64,000 bases of DNA from the human T2T-CHM13v2.0 reference genome, Homo sapiens: the NCBI RefSeq assembly GCF_009914755.1, contig NC_060931.1; one strand, given 5' to 3'. A program made the position numbers and the translations under genes. Under the pieces are notes generated by a model, which was not told the DNA's origin, did no database searches, and saw nothing but the letters and a program-made list of their open reading frames with translations. How positions within the stretch are numbered: position 1 is the first letter of the stretch; each line of letters starts with the position of its first letter. Positions 58,750-64,000 of this stretch are shown in pieces.

Positions 58750-58960
58750 TTGAGGGAAGATCGTTTCCTAAGTATTTACATATATTATCTCTAGTCCTCA
58801 CATAATTCTGCAATACACAGTTCTTTCCTCATTTTGTTCATGAATAACTTGAGACTTATCAAGTTTAGGTAGCTTGTTCAAGTTCCTTCTACTGGTAAGA
58901 AGGAAAACTAAGATTTTAATCCTGGTCTTACTGTGATGTCAAAGCCCACTTTGTTTCGAT
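58750..58960 (-). mobile_element. MIR remnant
   Basis: cctcattttgttcatgaataacttgagactta..agcttgttcaag. Confidence 0.55.
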
Positions 58961-60119
58961 TAAAGGATCTATATGACCTTCCTGTTCCCACTCCATTTCA
59001 AAAATGAGAACAATGTTCTACCAGATTGCCTCTTCCCAAGTATAGACACTATAACAGGACTCTGCTAAAATGTAATAGAGTTTGCATGCATTAAAACAAT
59101 CTATTGAAATACATTAGTGGGCTTGCTAGAATGTCAGCAAATAGGAGAGGGGAAAAAACATAAGCTGAAATTTAATAAGGAGCAGTAAGCAACACAAAAA
59201 TGGGGAATATCTCTGAAGCAAATAATGGCATCAGTGCTATAATGCACAAGAAATCTTAAGATCCGCATCAAAGGGATATGAATTTGATAGATACTAAAGA
59301 GTTTTGATCTTTGTCCACTCCTGGGTTCAGGAGGAAGCCAGTAAAATTCCTTCCTGGAGGAATGTATTTCTAATTTAGACCCTCAATATATGCAGAGATT
59401 AAGCCCAACAAAATATGAACTCAAATACATAAATACATACATATTTAAATAAATGAATAAAATCCAATGCACAATAACACAAGGCACTAGGGAGAGTTGG
59501 CAGAAATGAGATATATTAGAATAATAAGACTTATTTGTGGAGTTAAAAATGGAGAAGGAGGATTACTTTCAAATAATGATAATAGATAAAGAGTATTCAT
59601 TTATTTTCACTTCTTCATGGAAACCCACTAAAACAATAACAGAGTTTTCTTTTTTTCTAAAGACATAAACTCCTATGGATAAAGAATGAAAAAGGAAACC
59701 ATCTGTTACTGTCTTAGCAGACCTAAAAAAGGTGAATCTTAAAGCAACACTAGCAAGCGTTATCTCTGACGGGATGGATACATCAGGCTATTGTACCCAT
59801 ATGTCATAGAATTGTTGACTTGCACACCTAAGGCACTGTTTTATTGTCTAGTTTTTAATTCCTCATTTCTCCTCATTCATTGCCCTTTCCTGTCTTCACT
59901 TCTTTTTCCATTCAGCATTAAAATTATAACATTCATTTGCCCTTCTACGTTTCAATCTACCTTACCAACAATCCTGCCCTTCAACTTTACCCATCTAAGA
60001 AAATCTCAACCCTGGATATACAGGACAAACAACTTTCCCTAACACTGGTCTTCCAGAGATTTCCCCAATGCAGGTCTTCAAGAGATTGTCATGATGTATA
60101 GCAGTTTGACCTCTTAGAA

Positions 60120-60520
60120 ACTTACAATTACCAAACCTAAATGGGCCCATTACCATTCTACTGCTTTCTACTCTTGACCCAACTTACCTTCTTTCAGTTC
60201 CTCTAGTGTGCTATTTTTCCACCTTCCTCAAGACCTTCATATATTTTTTCCTGCTATTCCTCTTTGACTACTTAACTCCTATACATACTTCATATCTCAG
60301 CTTAATTGTCCCTTGATCAGATATACACCTTCTGATTATCAGTTAAGATCAGATTTTTTTTTAATTTCATAGAATGCAGTACGTTCATTTTAGTAGCTTA
60401 TTTCACTGTGAGACATGTACTCATAGAGCATGATCATTTGATTAATGGCAACCTGTAAGATCTATGAAAGTATCCACATTCCTGTATTTCCAATATCAGA
60501 ATGCTTGGTAGGTAATAAAA
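60120..60520 (+). mobile_element. L2 3' remnant
   Basis: aactcctatacatacttcatatctcagcttaattgtc..ctgtaagatctatgaaag. Confidence 0.55.
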
Positions 60521-60534
60521 TCGAAAAGTAAGAG

Positions 60535-60908
60535 TATATTACTCCATTCACACACTGTTTTAAACAACTGCCCAACACTGGGCAATTTATAAAGAAAAGA
60601 GATTTAATTGACTCAGAGTTCCATAGGGCTGGGAAGGCCTCAGGAAACTTGTAATCATGATGGAAGGGAAAGAGACATATCTTACATGGTGGCAGGTGAG
60701 AGAGAGCAAATGTGTGAAGGAGGAACTGTCAGAGACATAAAACCATCAGATCTCCTGAGAACTCACTGACTATCATGAGAACAGCATGGGGGACACCACC
60801 CTCATGATTCAATCACCTCCCACCAGGTCTCTCCTTCAACCTGTGGGGATTATGAGGATTACAATTCAAGATGAGATTTGGGTGGGGGCACAAAGCCTAA
60901 CCATATCA
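60535..60908 (-). mobile_element. THE1D/MSTA-like MaLR solo LTR
   Basis: aatttataaagaaaagagatttaattgactca..aaaaccatcagatctc..gatgagatttgggtgggggcacaaagcctaaccatatca. Confidence 0.9.
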
Positions 60909-61446
60909 CTGAGTGATAGAAACAATCCTTTGAATGCAATTTGGTTTCCCATGTAGGGAAATTGAGATAAAATGGACTGGTCATCCTGACAGTAATAGTA
61001 TAGCCCTCATAAAAGCTATACTTCTTTGGTGAGTTAACAAATTAGCTTTGCAGTTTATTCATAAATAGCTTCTGATTAATGCACTCACAGCTCCGTATCC
61101 AAGAGACTGACTCTTTCCCAGAAGATGAGTATTCATTTCATCTATTACCCCTTAATCTGGCTTCATGCTTGCTAAGAAAACTGGAATATCCATGTTTGTC
61201 TATGTACAGGGAGATAATTCACTATTCATGTTGGCACTATTATTTCCAGGACATGGGATAGTTTATTACTCAATAAAAGTTAATTTTCAAAAAAAGGTTG
61301 GTTTCTAATGCAACATTCAATGCATTTTAGTAATATGTGTCTCAGGGCTTGAATATATCAAAACATTGACAGAGAGGACGCTTGAGATGTATGAAAGGAA
61401 CAGTTCCTACCAGGTTTTCCTTACGTCTGTTACATGTTGGGAGATT

Positions 61447-61917
61447 ATCTTGGTTTGGCTTCTACCAGAAACAGATCCTGATACACAAGGAGTCATGTAC
61501 AAGTAATTTATTTGCAGGTGCAGGCATAGGGAGAAAAGGAAGAGGAATAGTGAAGTGTGACGAGAAAAGAAATGAAGTGTCATTTGTTCAACTATCCTTG
61601 TAGGTATCTAGAGTTTAATTCCTCTGGGGAAATTCTGAGAGCTGATGTAAAACACATAGCTCAGAGTTATTTCATGTGAGCTGCGAGGGAGCAGAGAAAT
61701 TTATGCTCCAACTCCAAACAGTTATTGCCTGAATACTGCTCCTGGGGGACAATATGACCCTGACATTTCTGGCCAATCATAGAGCAAAAACTCTCCAGGG
61801 GCACTGAAAGCTGTCCTGAAAAGACATGCTGGTTCTGGTGAATGGAAATGAGGTTGTGTGCACTCAATTAGTAAGGGGCGGGACATGTGGATGAGGCCCT
61901 GACAGTGGCTGCTACAA
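61447..61917 (-). mobile_element. LTR33-like ERVL solo LTR
   Basis: ccagaaacagatcctgatacacaagga..caagtaatttatttg; ends ctgacagtggctgctaca. Confidence 0.6.
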
Positions 61918-62410
61918 TGACGGTTCTTTCTTGTCAGCCACAGACAGTCTTGGTTTATGTCTGTTGTCTCAACATCTCATCCAGATACTGTTTGTTTCAG
62001 ATTTTTCATTCTGAATGAAGTATTATTATCTATAGTTTTATTAAGTGAGTAAGGATGGATGTGTTACACCTGTACTTTGCTTTAGCTTCTATCATTGTTT
62101 CCTCTGGTTGTATGAGAAATGCGTGGAAAGTAAATATAATTTTTACTTTGAACACATGGTTAAATCTATACAAAATACAATTGATAACCCATCTCTCTTT
62201 TCCTGGTCCTTTTGTGATATAACTAGCGCTTCCCTTTTAAGAAAAGCGTGTAGGGTCCTCACGAATACCAGTTGTAAATGACATTTAAATTTCTGATCTG
62301 GGAGTTAAAGGAAGAAATACTCAACATTGCTGCCACTTGGCACACCAGTCATGGTTGCTGTAGCTTGTGACGTGCATGAAGCTACCAAGCTGTTAGAAGA
62401 TAGAGTTAGG

Positions 62411-62716
62411 GGTCGGGAGCCGGTGGCTCACGCCTGTAATCCTAGCACTTTGTGAGGCCGTGGCAGGCAGATCATGAGGTCAGGAGTTCAAGACCAGCCT
62501 GCCACCATGATGAAACCCTGTCTCTACTAAAAAATACAAAAATTAGCTGGGCATGGTGATGTGCACCTGTAATCGCAGCTACTCACGAGGCTGAGGCAGG
62601 AGAATTGCTTGAACCCGGGAGGCAGAGGTTACCATGAATGGAGATTGCACCACCGCGCTCCAGCCTGGGTGACAGAGCGAGACTCCGACTCAAAAAAACA
62701 AACAGACCAAAAAAAA
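62411..62716 (+). mobile_element. AluS-like SINE
   Basis: TSD aagatagagttagg at 62397-62410 and 62715-62728. Confidence 0.93.
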
Positions 62717-63871
62717 GATAGAGTTAGGGGAAAATTTGAGAAATCAGCAGTTAGGTGTGAATAAAGTATGTTCAGGAAATAGAAAGGACCAGCCTTCCAT
62801 ACAGCATTTACACTCTCAATACTTTTGCTACAGAGATTTTGTCAATTATTATACATTGCAACTTCACTATGTGTATATTTGTTTTATGTTTTGTTACATA
62901 TTTTAATTTCGCTATCAACATTATTAGCTGAAATGAGCTCACAAACAAGTGTGAATGTGAATTTTAAAAATGAGTGCTCTACTTCTGTCTCCCAAGCGAA
63001 TTGATAATGAATATGTAACTTGAACAAAATGTTTGTCGATATTCATTATTCATCAGGGGGACAGAGTAAAATCACAGACGAACACTGAAGACACAATGCT
63101 GTTAAAGAAGCAGCAGTTTCTACTTTAAAATTTAGTTATTATTGACCAAAACAAAACAAAAATAAAAACTAAAACCAAAAGGAACAATTTAAGAAGTGCA
63201 GTTGCAGAGGGTGCATTTATGTAACACTCCATGAAGCATTACTTTTTATTTAGATAAAATGACTACGATTAAAAATTTTGTAAATCAATTTTCAGTTTCT
63301 GGTATTACTTTTAAAAGTTCAGGAGTGACGTAATAATTCTTCTTTCTTGACTCCATTAGTATCATTTCTTGCTAATGATACAGTGTCCTTAATTGCTTCA
63401 AACAGAAAAATCACTAAATTCTAATGATTATTCTATATTTTTCATTCAATTTATGGAATCAAAGCAAAATTTTTGTAAATAAAGTTGCCCCCCCCCCAAA
63501 AAAAAAAAAGCAGGGTGTTATTGTGAAAGCTATTTGTTATAAATTTTGGTAAAAGTGTAACACTGATAATAAAATCATTTGGTTTTGCATTGATATACAA
63601 ATCTAAAGTTCGGTGGAACATCTTATAGAGCAGGAATGTACTTAGCATTACGTATGGAGCACACAATTTTTATAAATAGCTTAAGATTTAATTATGAAGT
63701 TAATGACATTTAATAACTCTTAAAAACCTAAACAAGCTTGATATTCTACCAATGAAAATCTAAGCTACTGTCAAAATTTTAAAACTCTTTACATAAACAT
63801 AGAGTAAATAAAATACACTGTTTTAGATATGTGACAGGTGAGGACAGTTAAAAAACAAAAAAGAAACTTCA

Positions 63872-64000
63872 GGCCGGGCACAGTGGCTCATGCCTGTAAT
63901 CCCAGCACTTTCGGAGGCCGAGGCGGGCGGATCACCTGGGGTTGGGAGTGTGAGACCAGCCTGACCAACTTGGAGAAACCCGGTCTCTACTAAAAATACA
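63872..64000 (+). mobile_element. AluSp-like SINE, left arm, cut by the window end
   Basis: ggccgggcacagtggctca..cctgaccaacttggagaaaccc. Confidence 0.9.

Noticed and set aside
63670-63679. MEF2 consensus TTATAAATAG, and scattered ATTTGCAT octamers elsewhere
   Set aside because: Expected by chance in AT-rich DNA; no supporting context.

Overview
AT-rich, CpG-depleted primate genomic DNA, most likely human (it carries a short AluYa5-type insertion). The window lies inside the 3' part of HDAC9 (class IIa histone deacetylase) on the + strand. Two short coding exons, both missed by the ORF track, are recognisable: 31800-31933 (134 nt, [44 protein letters not shown]) and 50137-50221 (85 nt, LEPLAEDILHQSPNMNAVISLQKIIEIQ). 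The second exon can read through its donor to an alternative C-terminus SMSLKFS* at 50244. The rest is intronic: about 11 Alus, several L1s, MaLR/ERVL solo LTRs, hAT MITEs, MIR/L2 remnants, microsatellites, and a full-length antisense NPM1 processed pseudogene (44585-45846). Nearly all ORF-track entries are repeat-derived or chance. I found no CRISPR array, RNA gene or prokaryote-type system, and nothing I can support as a wholly new biological system. The best observations are structural: (1) a ~290-bp non-repeat sequence duplicated on both sides of the 134-nt exon; (2) an ancient L1M with twin-priming-type inversion geometry that later received the NPM1 retrocopy; (3) a twin-primed L1PA with a possible 3' transduction; (4) a pristine 5'-truncated AluYa5; (5) several templated insertions and local duplications. 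Repeat subfamily names come from my recall of consensus sequences and need RepeatMasker/Dfam confirmation; boundaries of old repeats are approximate.
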